Source: a virus (taxonomy: Duplodnaviria; Caudoviricetes). From it: a DNA stretch of 64,000 bases. The translations under genes were made by a program, and so were the position numbers. The stretch is from the IMG/VR virus record IMGVR_UViG_3300031519_000019, positions 6,921 to 70,920 of that record. One strand, 5' to 3'. Position 1 is the stretch's first letter. Every line of letters starts with the position of its first letter. Shown in pieces: positions 45,783 to 54,799 of the stretch. The notes beneath the pieces were generated by a model. The model was not told the origin of the DNA and did no database searches. It was given only the letters and a program-made list of their open reading frames with translations.

Positions 45783-46848
45783 GTGTGCTTTACTTGATAC
45801 ACATGTTTGTGCAGTACTGCCAGGAAATTACAAGCCTTGCTGTCAGTTTGAACAATACCGCACAACTAATGTTAAACTTTCAGAAATGTCTCATAAGGAA
45901 TATACACAAACTCCTGAGTTTCAAAAAATTAAAAGCGACATGGAAACAGGCTGGCACAAAGGATGCGAAAAGTGTAGACTCGACGAAACACAGAATAGTA
46001 TTCAAAGCCTTAGGCAAATATCAAACGAAAACTTTAAAAGTGATCTAGGCATTCAATTTGTTGAAATAAGTCTGAGCAACAATTGCAATTTATCTTGTAA
46101 AATGTGCAACACAGACAGTAGTAGTAAGTGGAGTAATTTATATAAAACCAATCCTGATCTACAACATTATTTTAGGGATAACAATCAAGAAATATCAATA
46201 GAACGAGTGTTCAACGGCTTAGACCTTTCAAATTTAAAAGTTATAAAATATTTAGGTGGTGAACCTTTTATTACACCGCAGACCAAAGAGTTATTTAATT
46301 TTTTAGAAGACCAAAATATTATAAACAATGTTCAACTTACTACAAATACTAACTGCACTTTTTTCCCTCACAAATGGATAAAACAATTATTAAAGTTTAA
46401 AAGTGTTCGTATAGGACTAAGTCTTGATGGATTTAAAAAGTCTTGCGAATATTCGAGAACTGGTAGTAATTGGGATGAATTAACTAAAAATGTAAAATAC
46501 TGGGCAATGATGCAAAAACGTCATCCTAAATTTAATATTCGATTCAGTACAACGGTAAACGCACTAACAGTGCATGATTACACTAATTTTATTAATTATG
46601 CAAACGAAGTGGGATTAGGATATACACCTTATGTAGTACATGCTCCGGCATATTTAAAACTAGAAGCATTACCTCCTGAGTATGTTGACAGCATAAAAGA
46701 TGAAAATAACAAGCAATTTTTAGACAATGTTGTGTATGATCCAGAACTTTTTGAAAAGTTTAAAAAGTTTATTGAAATAACTGACAGCGCACAAAATATA
46801 AATATTCGAGACTATCTTCCAGAGTTAGCACAATACATTGACAAATAG
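45775..46848 (+). CDS. Radical SAM protein with N-terminal twitch cluster
   Basis: KC...YKPCC...CEKC; EISLSNNCNLSCKMC; YLGGEPF. Confidence 0.9.
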   Translation: MPKCALLDTHVCAVLPGNYKPCCQFEQYRTTNVKLSEMSHKEYTQTPEFQKIKSDMETGWHKGCEKCRLDETQNSIQSLRQISNENFKSDLGIQFVEISLSNNCNLSCKMCNTDSSSKWSNLYKTNPDLQHYFRDNNQEISIERVFNGLDLSNLKVIKYLGGEPFITPQTKELFNFLEDQNIINNVQLTTNTNCTFFPHKWIKQLLKFKSVRIGLSLDGFKKSCEYSRTGSNWDELTKNVKYWAMMQKRHPKFNIRFSTTVNALTVHDYTNFINYANEVGLGYTPYVVHAPAYLKLEALPPEYVDSIKDENNKQFLDNVVYDPELFEKFKKFIEITDSAQNINIRDYLPELAQYIDK

Positions 46849-46858
46849 GATTTTATAA

Positions 46859-47479
46859 ATGAAAATAGGTGTATACGGTTGTAGTTGGTGCTCAGGAGTT
46901 TACCCAGATTTTATTGGATGGCCAAAGAATTTAGCTAAAATGCTGCCAGAACATGAAATAAATGATTACAGTCTAGGCGGACTTAGTATAGAAGCAATAC
47001 TCTATTGGTTTGAACAATTTAAAGATCATAATGATATAAACATTGTAAAATTAACAACTCCTTATAGACTAACAATTATATCCGAAGATGCTGAAGTTAA
47101 ACGAACTCAAGTAACTGAAAATTATTCTACATGGGATAAAAATTTTACAGAGACAATGATTAGAATTCATCCTAACTCACCGCCTCAAGGTGCTGGTAAA
47201 TTACATAGGATTTACTACAAGTACTATAATCAAACAGTTGGTTTGATAACAGCGCATGCAATTGCAGAATACTTAAAAAATCATAAAGATGTACATATGA
47301 TATTTAAACATCAATCATATGATAAACACCATCCAGACATTAGTATAGCTACACAAAATTTTATACCAAGTTTTAAATCTTATATTATAGATGATGGACA
47401 ACATTTGTCGTATGAAGGCGCCCAAATTGAAGCAGAATACATAAAAAATTATCTAATTAATAATCAACTAATAACTTGA
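46859..47479 (+). CDS. SGNH/GDSL-like protein
   Basis: MKIGVYGCSW, YSLGGLS, TTPYR, DDGQHLS (DxxH). Confidence 0.6.
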   Translation: MKIGVYGCSWCSGVYPDFIGWPKNLAKMLPEHEINDYSLGGLSIEAILYWFEQFKDHNDINIVKLTTPYRLTIISEDAEVKRTQVTENYSTWDKNFTETMIRIHPNSPPQGAGKLHRIYYKYYNQTVGLITAHAIAEYLKNHKDVHMIFKHQSYDKHHPDISIATQNFIPSFKSYIIDDGQHLSYEGAQIEAEYIKNYLINNQLIT

Positions 47480-47503
47480 CAGATACATATAAGGTGTTAT
47501 AAT
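47476..47503 (+). promoter_or_regulatory. sigma70-type promoter TTGACA-N16-TATAAT with extended -10 (TGn), leaderless
   Basis: TTGACA 47476-47481, TG at 47495-47496, TATAAT 47498-47503, ATG only 5 nt downstream. Confidence 0.8.
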
Positions 47504-47508
47504 AAAGT

Positions 47509-48624
47509 ATGAATGAAGACTTAAAGTGGAGCAACTACGATTTTACAAAGATTCCTTTTGATGACATTGTCAGTGTTGGACAAAGGACACTTCTATATCG
47601 CGACTTATTTACTGTGTCTTGGCTGCTTGGCCGCTTTTGCAACTATAAGTGCAGCTATTGTTGGCCATATGCCCGTAGTGATAGAAAAGACCATAGGCCG
47701 ACTGAATTGTGTCTTCATACAATCGACGAAATAAAGAGGCAGGCACGTGATAACGGGTTTAATAGCTTTCATTTTAGTTTATCTGGTGGTGAGCCTACTT
47801 TTCACCCTGGTTACTTGGACATTCTCAAACATCTTGCTAATGATGTTGGTAATACTAATTATACATCTGTTCACATGACATCAAACTGCTCACGCAACAT
47901 GGCGTGGTTTGAAGAGTATGTAGAAGCAGTTAAGCCATTCCACCGTGCCAGTATTACAGCAAGTTTGCACACAGAGCATCTTAACACTACTGAGAAGATG
48001 CAGGACTTTGCTGACAAGCTAATTTTCTGTCAAGAGCATGATGTACAAGTTACGATCAATATGGTTATGGTACCCGACTGGTTTGAACGTGATTGGGAGA
48101 ACGCATTGTTCTTTCACGAGCAGGGCATAAACGTAACGCTAAAGCCTCAAAGCGACCCTACAGCTAGTCGAGTAGTAGATGGGTATACAGCAGACAACCT
48201 AAAGCGTTTACACAACGGTATGCCGCAACGTGCGTACACAGAAAGCAAGCGCAAGTGGGCGGACCGTCCCAAACCAACATTTCAAGTACCTAAAGACATC
48301 ATGGGTAAGAATGATGCTAGTGTACCTTGGCACATGCAAGTAGAGTTTAAAGATTCGACTGGTAAAAAATGGTATATGGATCAAGCTGAACGGTTTAATG
48401 CTTTTAATTTTAATAATTTTAAAGGCTGGAGTTGTAATGCCGGATATTCTGGAATTATTATTCGAGAGCCTGACGGTAGTGTTAAGCGATCCTATTCCTG
48501 TCATGATGTGCCGCTTGGAAATATAGAAACAGGGTTTAAACTCTTTGATGCTCCTATGCCTTGTATAACAGACAGTTGTGTAAGTAGCGCAGACAGTAAA
48601 ATTCCAAAGAGAAAAAATGCGTAG
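47509..48624 (+). CDS. Radical SAM protein with C-terminal twitch-like Cys cluster
   Basis: VSWLLGRFCNYKCSYC; SLSGGEPTFHP; C-terminal WSCNAG...PDGSVKRSYSC...PMPCITDSC. Confidence 0.88.
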   Translation: MNEDLKWSNYDFTKIPFDDIVSVGQRTLLYRDLFTVSWLLGRFCNYKCSYCWPYARSDRKDHRPTELCLHTIDEIKRQARDNGFNSFHFSLSGGEPTFHPGYLDILKHLANDVGNTNYTSVHMTSNCSRNMAWFEEYVEAVKPFHRASITASLHTEHLNTTEKMQDFADKLIFCQEHDVQVTINMVMVPDWFERDWENALFFHEQGINVTLKPQSDPTASRVVDGYTADNLKRLHNGMPQRAYTESKRKWADRPKPTFQVPKDIMGKNDASVPWHMQVEFKDSTGKKWYMDQAERFNAFNFNNFKGWSCNAGYSGIIIREPDGSVKRSYSCHDVPLGNIETGFKLFDAPMPCITDSCVSSADSKIPKRKNA

Positions 48625-49309
48625 TAATGAGCAAATAGCAGCTATTAAAAAAACACATTCTCCTCCAGTTCAAATACTTAACACACTGGATACTAACAAG
48701 ATTGAGTTTTTATTAAATTACTATCACAGTCAAGACAAAATAGAAAAGAACACCGGTCCAAAAGTAGTTTACGTACAAGAAGGAACTGGTGTAATTGACG
48801 ACATACTAATTCCTTTGCGTAAACAATTTGGTAATTTTAAAGTTCGGGCTTGTCATTTTTTTGATGTAGATAATCCTCACATACTGCACATAGATGATAG
48901 TTACGATTATCCCACCACCTACAAAGCATTTACTATTCCGTTATGGGTAGAAAACGGTGACTGTAATAAAATTAAACTAGTTATGTTTGATCAGTACTAC
49001 TATGGCGGTCCTGTAAAGTTTTTTAAAGATGAAGTATTTGATAAAGAAGTTATTTTTTACAATAAGCATCTTTATGAATATACTGATGTTGAAAATTTAG
49101 TTGATACAGGTATTCCTAAAAATGTAAAAACTAAAATGCTTGGACATTTAAAATCTAAATGGCTTGAAGGACTTAGTGTACATTGTTGTTTTCCTTGGAC
49201 TATTGGATCGATAATAGCATTTGATAGTTTAAGAATACACTGTTCTAGCAACTTCAAGAACGCTGGAATAAAAAGAAAAATTGGACTAAGTATTTTTACG
49301 GAGATTTAA
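48617..49309 (+). CDS. Fe(II)/2OG-type oxygenase-like protein
   Basis: ILHIDD...AFTIPL...IIAFDSLRIHCS...KIGLSIF; same architecture as 40054. Confidence 0.55.
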   Translation: MRSNEQIAAIKKTHSPPVQILNTLDTNKIEFLLNYYHSQDKIEKNTGPKVVYVQEGTGVIDDILIPLRKQFGNFKVRACHFFDVDNPHILHIDDSYDYPTTYKAFTIPLWVENGDCNKIKLVMFDQYYYGGPVKFFKDEVFDKEVIFYNKHLYEYTDVENLVDTGIPKNVKTKMLGHLKSKWLEGLSVHCCFPWTIGSIIAFDSLRIHCSSNFKNAGIKRKIGLSIFTEI

Positions 49310-49310
49310 A

Positions 49311-50045
49311 ATGGATAACAGTCATATCGTTACTGCTGAAGAACAAGCAAAACTAAAAGTAAACTATACTCAATTATACAATGATGGGGTTATTACAAAC
49401 CCTAAAATTATAGATATTGCCTGTGAATTGCAGCTAGATGCAATCGGCGATTTTGTTCCACTAAAGTTTAAAGTTGATCTAAGCGAATTTAGGAAAGAGA
49501 TTAAACAGTATGACGATATGTGGATACCGTATTTGCATAGAGAAGGATTGCTAAATGATAGACAAGGTTTAAATTTAGTAGGACTTCCTGGTGACACACC
49601 TACAGATAGTTTAAGCATGCCTGAAGCAATGAGACGAACAGGTCGCGCATTGTCTGAACTTGACTTTGATACTCCTACACAATTGTACAAAGACCTTCCT
49701 AGTTTACAGCATATTGTGGACTATTTTCCTAAGTTAGGCCGTTGTAGTTTAGTTAAACTAAACACAGGAGCATGGTTTCCGAAACATCGAGACGGTATAT
49801 TACTGCAAAGAAGAACATTTAGAATAGTTGTATTTTTAACTAACACAAATCATACAGCATATGAATGGGAACACAACCATCGTATTAGACAGATAGACGA
49901 AGGTCGTGCATATTACATTGATACACGTAAAACACATCGTACACATAGTTTTACACAAGATAGTATACATTTGGTAATGAATATTCCAAAAACTTACGAC
50001 AATGTATTACGGATATTAGATGTGTTAGACGCTGGCGAAAGTTAA
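49311..50045 (+). CDS. Aspartyl/asparaginyl beta-hydroxylase-family Fe(II)/2OG oxygenase
   Basis: GRCSLVKLNTGAWFPKHRD...FRIVV...GRAYYIDTRKTH...SIHLVMNI. Confidence 0.7.
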   Translation: MDNSHIVTAEEQAKLKVNYTQLYNDGVITNPKIIDIACELQLDAIGDFVPLKFKVDLSEFRKEIKQYDDMWIPYLHREGLLNDRQGLNLVGLPGDTPTDSLSMPEAMRRTGRALSELDFDTPTQLYKDLPSLQHIVDYFPKLGRCSLVKLNTGAWFPKHRDGILLQRRTFRIVVFLTNTNHTAYEWEHNHRIRQIDEGRAYYIDTRKTHRTHSFTQDSIHLVMNIPKTYDNVLRILDVLDAGES

Positions 50046-50046
50046 T

Positions 50047-50631
50047 ATGCACTTAGAAACATTTAATCATCAAACAATTACAGATAAGCAAAATAGCGAC
50101 CTAATGAAACTTTGTGATTTTGCAAGCACGTTAGACGATCCTGCTGCAAAAAATTACGAAACTTCTAATTGGTCTTCTAAAAACAACACACTATTATATG
50201 TATTTTATACTAAAAATCGATTTGACATATTTAATATGTTATATGACGGCAATGAACCAATAGCAATGGCAGGTGCATATGTATATAATGGTATTCCTAT
50301 TATTGGAGTAAGAACATTTACGCATCCTAATTACAGAGGTGGCGGATATTGGAGTCAAGCACGTTATATACTCCCTGCTCAAATTAAATACTATGACGAA
50401 TTAGGTTATAAAAAAGTCTGGTTAACGTTTAATCAATATAATCATAAACTTGTAAACTTCTTGAAGCGGATGAGTGAAGGCAAAGCAAGTCATTTTGGCG
50501 CAGGAAAGAACAGCCCTAAAAATTTATATAAAGACTTAAAATGGTATGACGAATTAGTATCTATACAATATACTGATCAGATAGTAGCCGAGTTAGACAT
50601 TGAATCATACAATGCTACACACTCTTCATAA
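50047..50631 (+). CDS. GNAT-like acyltransferase
   Basis: PIAMAGA...RTFTHPNYRGGGY (acyl-CoA-binding motif A-like). Confidence 0.6.
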   Translation: MHLETFNHQTITDKQNSDLMKLCDFASTLDDPAAKNYETSNWSSKNNTLLYVFYTKNRFDIFNMLYDGNEPIAMAGAYVYNGIPIIGVRTFTHPNYRGGGYWSQARYILPAQIKYYDELGYKKVWLTFNQYNHKLVNFLKRMSEGKASHFGAGKNSPKNLYKDLKWYDELVSIQYTDQIVAELDIESYNATHSS

Positions 50632-51185
50632 TTTTTACCAATTAGTGTGATATATGCAAATAAAGTTTTACCTTGTCCTGATGCTGCATGCGGTACGCCA
50701 GTATTTAATAAAACAGGTTGATATAGTTTGTGTTCTATAAACTCGATCCAGGTTTCACAAGATGTATATTTAGATAGAGAACTATCATTTACATGACTGT
50801 TTCTAAAACAATCAATTGAATCCTGCTCATCTAAGTCGGGCCAAAATGTCATCCTATTTTTTAGATTTCCTTCTATAGGAAATGCAAGATTGCAATACCG
50901 TTGATGACTTTTTGACTTTCTATAATTAGTGTCTGTATGTATTTGACTTATATTTTCAGACTGTATTATAGAAAAGAAAAAATTGTCAAGTTTAAAATAT
51001 TTGTTTACGACAGTGTCTATTAGTTCTTTAGTTTTGCCTTCAAACGATCTCATTGGCAGTCGTAGTCGATCATAGATATACTCTCTGCCATTAAGTCTAT
51101 GATCATCAGAATTATAAAGATTTATCTCTGAAACTTCTTTAGCAAAGTTTGAGAATTGAGGATAAATTTTATAATACTTGTTCAT
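50577..51185 (-). CDS. Fe(II)/2OG-type oxygenase
   Basis: SQIHTD...CNLAFPI...PVLLNTGVPHAA. Confidence 0.6.
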   Translation of the reverse strand: MNKYYKIYPQFSNFAKEVSEINLYNSDDHRLNGREYIYDRLRLPMRSFEGKTKELIDTVVNKYFKLDNFFFSIIQSENISQIHTDTNYRKSKSHQRYCNLAFPIEGNLKNRMTFWPDLDEQDSIDCFRNSHVNDSSLSKYTSCETWIEFIEHKLYQPVLLNTGVPHAASGQGKTLFAYITLIGKNYEECVALYDSMSNSATI

Positions 51186-51189
51186 ACTT

Positions 51190-51195
51190 TATTTA
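51190..51195 (-). promoter_or_regulatory. Late-like box TAAATA, 4 nt before ATG 51185
   Basis: Minus strand reads TTAAATA-AAGT-ATG. Confidence 0.5.
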
Positions 51196-51227
51196 ACCGA
51201 GAGTGCCTACTGCAAATGATGATACCG

Positions 51228-51241
51228 ATAAATATATTTAT
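51228..51241. promoter_or_regulatory. Perfect 14-bp palindrome ATAAATATATTTAT giving an ATAAATA box on each strand
   Basis: Self-complementary; sits between divergent genes; the + box is 5 nt before ATG 51240. Confidence 0.55.
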
Positions 51242-51992
51242 GAAAGACATATTTAGAGCAAATACATTATATTTTCCATACATTCAAGCAATTGCAACAG
51301 CAATGATTGCGTATATGGTATTTTTTGCCCCATCTGCAGAATGGTGGTTACTTAGTTTGGCTGTATATTTCTTAACAGGTTGTTTAGGAATTACAATTAC
51401 GTTCCATAGATACTTAACGCACAACAGTTTTAAGTTTCGTTATAAATGGATGGAGTATTTGTTTACTTTTTTTGGAGCAATCGGTGGCACTGGAAGCAGT
51501 ATTGGATGGGTTGCAGTACACAATCAACATCATAAACACAGCGATAAAGACGGTGATCCGCACGGTCCTCACTTAGGATTATGGAATGTACTAATACCCA
51601 AATATGATTTTGAAATGAACAAATGGGCAGTGCGTAGATTAATTACAGACAAGTTCCATTTGGTGTTGCACAACTATTATTACTTGATATTATTAATATG
51701 GTGTGGAGCATTGTTTGTATTAGGCGGAGCCAATGTGCTAATATTTGGCGGAATTATTCCTATGGGAATACAAATATGGGCCAGTGTATTAAGCAATTAC
51801 GGTAACCATATGTGGGGTTACCGTAACTATGCAACAAAAGAAGACAGTCGCAACACATGGTGGTTAGCAGCAATTACATGGGGCGAAGGTTGGCACAACA
51901 ATCATCATGCTAAACCTGGACAGTGGAACTTTCAACACAAGTGGTGGGAACTAGACCCAAGTGCTTGGGTAATTAAACTGGTTAAAATTTAA
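51240..51992 (+). CDS. Membrane acyl-lipid/acyl-CoA (delta-9-type) fatty acid desaturase
   Basis: His boxes HRYLTH, HNQHH and GEGWHNNHH, then DPS; hydrophobic helices. Start moved from 51156 (which overlaps the divergent gene) to ATG 51240. Confidence 0.88.
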   Translation: MKDIFRANTLYFPYIQAIATAMIAYMVFFAPSAEWWLLSLAVYFLTGCLGITITFHRYLTHNSFKFRYKWMEYLFTFFGAIGGTGSSIGWVAVHNQHHKHSDKDGDPHGPHLGLWNVLIPKYDFEMNKWAVRRLITDKFHLVLHNYYYLILLIWCGALFVLGGANVLIFGGIIPMGIQIWASVLSNYGNHMWGYRNYATKEDSRNTWWLAAITWGEGWHNNHHAKPGQWNFQHKWWELDPSAWVIKLVKI

Positions 51993-51993
51993 T

Positions 51994-53460
51994 ATGTATC
52001 ATGCAGTAATATTTACAGGGTTAAACTACGGCGAAATCTCTTATTATCGGCCGATTGGCGCATACCGTATTAGAACAGAATTAGAAAGTCGAGGATATAA
52101 TGTAAAAGTTATTGAACACTTTCATCATTTAACAAATGAACATATTGAACAAGCATTAGACAAATATGTTAGTAGTAAAACACTATGGGTTGGATTTAGT
52201 ACTACTTTTATTAATACATCAACGCTTCTTTTAGATAGATCAGATTTTTTTACCAAACTAAAGCAAAAATATAATGTGCCTTTTGTAATTGGCGGATCAA
52301 AGGCAATAGTAGATACTCTTCCTTGGTCTGACGTTTTAATTACTGGTTACGCTGACGATGCTGTAATAGCTATAACCGATCATTTTGCTGGCAAAGGATC
52401 TGCGCCTAAATGGGTTGATTACAAAGGTAAAAAACTTATCAATAGTAATCATTCTTATGATAGAAAAGATTTATCAAACATTGGCGTTATATGGAAGCCA
52501 GAAGATCATATAACATCATATGAAACTATGCCAATGGAAATTGCCCGTGGGTGTATTTTTAATTGTGCTTTTTGTAATTTTCCATTAAACAACAAAAAGA
52601 AATTTGACTATATTAGAGTCAAAGAAGACATGACCAACGAGTTCCTACGTAATTATGAGGAATTTGGCACAACTAGTTATAGCTTTATGGATGACACATA
52701 CAATGATAGTATGTTAAAACTAGAACTTATGCACGAAGTAATAAACGGATTACCGTTTAAGATCAAATTTGACACATACATTAAACCTGAATTACTAGTA
52801 CGCTGGCCTGAACAAATCGATTTGTTAGTTGAATCAGGTCTCCGAGGAGCAAGTCTAGGTCTTGAAAGCTTAAATAATCAATCTCGACAAGCTGTGCAAA
52901 AAGGTGCCGACGGCGAAAAAGTATTAGATGCAATATCAAATTTAAAATCTAAAAGCAATGGCTCTGTAAAAATACAAACTAATTTAATTGTAGGATTACC
53001 TCACGAAACTTCTGAAAGTTTATGGCAAACCCACAGTACTGTGGTTAATAATCCAGATATTGATTGGTGGAACTGGTATGCATTACAAATCCATTCAAAA
53101 GATCGTCATGAGTATCATTCTCCAATTGATAGAGATCCAGCAAAATACGGATACGAAATAATTGAAGAACCAAAACTAATAAAAAATAATATGGTTGACG
53201 ATAATCAATGGATAGTACCGTGGAGAAACGAACATATGGATTCTCAAGGAGCCCAAGACATGGCAAACTTATTACGCCGTCTTGATAAACCTTTGATTAA
53301 AATTGCTGGATGGTCATGCGGAGCATATGCTAGTCTTGGTGTAGACATTGATAAACATTACGAAGAGCATGACGGCATAATAACCTTGTTACCATTGGAC
53401 GATCTTAAGAATAAAAAAATTCAAATAATAGACAATTATATTCAAAAAGAAATAACATAA
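51994..53460 (+). CDS. Radical SAM protein with B12-binding-like N-terminal domain (class B methylase architecture)
   Basis: PIGAYRIRTELESRGYNVKVIE...VGFST...FVIGG...; EIARGCIFNCAFC; FMDDTY; SLGLESLN; NLIVGLPHET. Confidence 0.82.
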   Translation: MYHAVIFTGLNYGEISYYRPIGAYRIRTELESRGYNVKVIEHFHHLTNEHIEQALDKYVSSKTLWVGFSTTFINTSTLLLDRSDFFTKLKQKYNVPFVIGGSKAIVDTLPWSDVLITGYADDAVIAITDHFAGKGSAPKWVDYKGKKLINSNHSYDRKDLSNIGVIWKPEDHITSYETMPMEIARGCIFNCAFCNFPLNNKKKFDYIRVKEDMTNEFLRNYEEFGTTSYSFMDDTYNDSMLKLELMHEVINGLPFKIKFDTYIKPELLVRWPEQIDLLVESGLRGASLGLESLNNQSRQAVQKGADGEKVLDAISNLKSKSNGSVKIQTNLIVGLPHETSESLWQTHSTVVNNPDIDWWNWYALQIHSKDRHEYHSPIDRDPAKYGYEIIEEPKLIKNNMVDDNQWIVPWRNEHMDSQGAQDMANLLRRLDKPLIKIAGWSCGAYASLGVDIDKHYEEHDGIITLLPLDDLKNKKIQIIDNYIQKEIT

Positions 53461-54044
53461 TCTTTATATTTTTCTAAACTTCTTTTTAATATTATGCGGT
53501 GTTTTTCTATATCTAATGTCCCGGATATAGTCATTATAATTTTTCTATCTGGTTCTGTAGGTAAATCAGACGCATGTAGTGCATCGTAATTATTAATAAC
53601 AAACCATTTTGTTAGATGATTAGGATGTTTAATATAAATTTTATCTTCAATGTGTTTTTCTTTTTGAAAGTACATTAACGGTTTATCATATACCATAAAC
53701 GCTTTATACGAATTGGGCTGATCTTGGCTATCAATAACCGGTTGTGACGTTTTATCTCGATGTAGTTGACAATAAATTTTTTGTTCTAAGAAATTTACAT
53801 ATGTAACATCTGTAAACGGTAAATGATTATATAAGATATCTTGAAAATTTGGTATTATTTTTAAAAAGTCTTGATTCCACCCTCGATCTTTGTGATATGC
53901 AAAACTTATCAACCACGGTGCAATAAAATTATCTGCGTGGCCGCCTCTATCACGCTTACGATTGGCGTTGTGCCATTTTATAAATTTATCTATATCAACA
54001 TCCATTGCAGGTAAGTCGGCAGGAGTATAAAGTGCTAATACCAT
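53442..54044 (-). CDS. Fe(II)/2OG-type oxygenase-like protein
   Basis: QLHRD...FVINNYDALHAS...KIIMTISG. Confidence 0.55.
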   Translation of the reverse strand: MVLALYTPADLPAMDVDIDKFIKWHNANRKRDRGGHADNFIAPWLISFAYHKDRGWNQDFLKIIPNFQDILYNHLPFTDVTYVNFLEQKIYCQLHRDKTSQPVIDSQDQPNSYKAFMVYDKPLMYFQKEKHIEDKIYIKHPNHLTKWFVINNYDALHASDLPTEPDRKIIMTISGTLDIEKHRIILKRSLEKYKDYVISF

Positions 54045-54799
54045 ATTTGATAGTCCTTATGCAAATGGGTACTTTTTTCTAGAAGTTTAAATAATTTGTC
54101 TTTATCATATTCGCCCATTATTGTGCAAGTTATTCGACTACCAGTTGGAGTAGAGTTTTTATCTACGCCATGCCAAGCTCTACTACTGTTTAACATCCAA
54201 GCACATTGTTCTTTTGGAAACTTAGCGTATAACTTTTCGTTTCTGCAATAATCTAAGTAATTTCTTTTTTTTGCTAAGGGAATGCCGTCACTGTCTTCCA
54301 TAGTACGTATTTGTTTGTCGTTTATTTCTTTTGTCCTGCTAAAATACAATGCATCTTTGTTTTTATTTTTAAGATAAAATCTCATTCCCCATAGTTCGTC
54401 AGGGTCAGTATGTGGTTCGACAGTAGCTCCGCCTATCTGATTTAAAAAACTAATACTTTTTGCTTGTTTAAATGGAAAGAGCTCTAGATATTCTACTAGT
54501 TCAGGAAAACGTTTATCAAAGTCGCATATCCACGGCTTATCGGTATTATACGTAGTATACCATTTAGCCCAACTAACGTGCCAACAATACCCGCCATATA
54601 GTTTTGTACTATTGATACGGTTTTGATTATGTTCAAGCATATATGATTTTTGATCACTATGCCATGAAACAAACTCGTCCATGCTGATTTCTGGAGGATC
54701 AGGTAGTGCTAACGGTGAAAATATTAAGTTACGCCAGTCTATCATTTTTTGCCAAAAACTCTTATTTGTATTCTTGGAGCGAAAATTTCTGTAGTGCAA
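54035..54799 (-). CDS. Fe(II)/2OG-type oxygenase
   Basis: VEPHTD...WMLNSSRAWHGV...RITCTIMG. True start is probably the later ATG (MIDWRN), since the listed start overlaps the upstream gene by 58 nt. Confidence 0.62.
   Translation of the reverse strand: MHYRNFRSKNTNKSFWQKMIDWRNLIFSPLALPDPPEISMDEFVSWHSDQKSYMLEHNQNRINSTKLYGGYCWHVSWAKWYTTYNTDKPWICDFDKRFPELVEYLELFPFKQAKSISFLNQIGGATVEPHTDPDELWGMRFYLKNKNKDALYFSRTKEINDKQIRTMEDSDGIPLAKKRNYLDYCRNEKLYAKFPKEQCAWMLNSSRAWHGVDKNSTPTGSRITCTIMGEYDKDKLFKLLEKSTHLHKDYQIWY

Noticed and set aside
46838-46860. TTGACA followed by TATAAA before gene 46859
   Set aside because: Spacer is only about 11 nt and TTGACA lies in the coding end of the upstream gene; AGGA there is better read as an RBS
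47509-48624. Viperin-like appearance (CNYKCxxC, SGGEP)
   Set aside because: These are generic radical SAM motifs; the protein has a C-terminal twitch-type Cys cluster and lacks other viperin features I can recognise
51156-51239. Listed desaturase start at 51156
   Set aside because: Overlaps the divergent gene and promoter boxes; ATG 51240 fits the TAAATA-N5-ATG pattern
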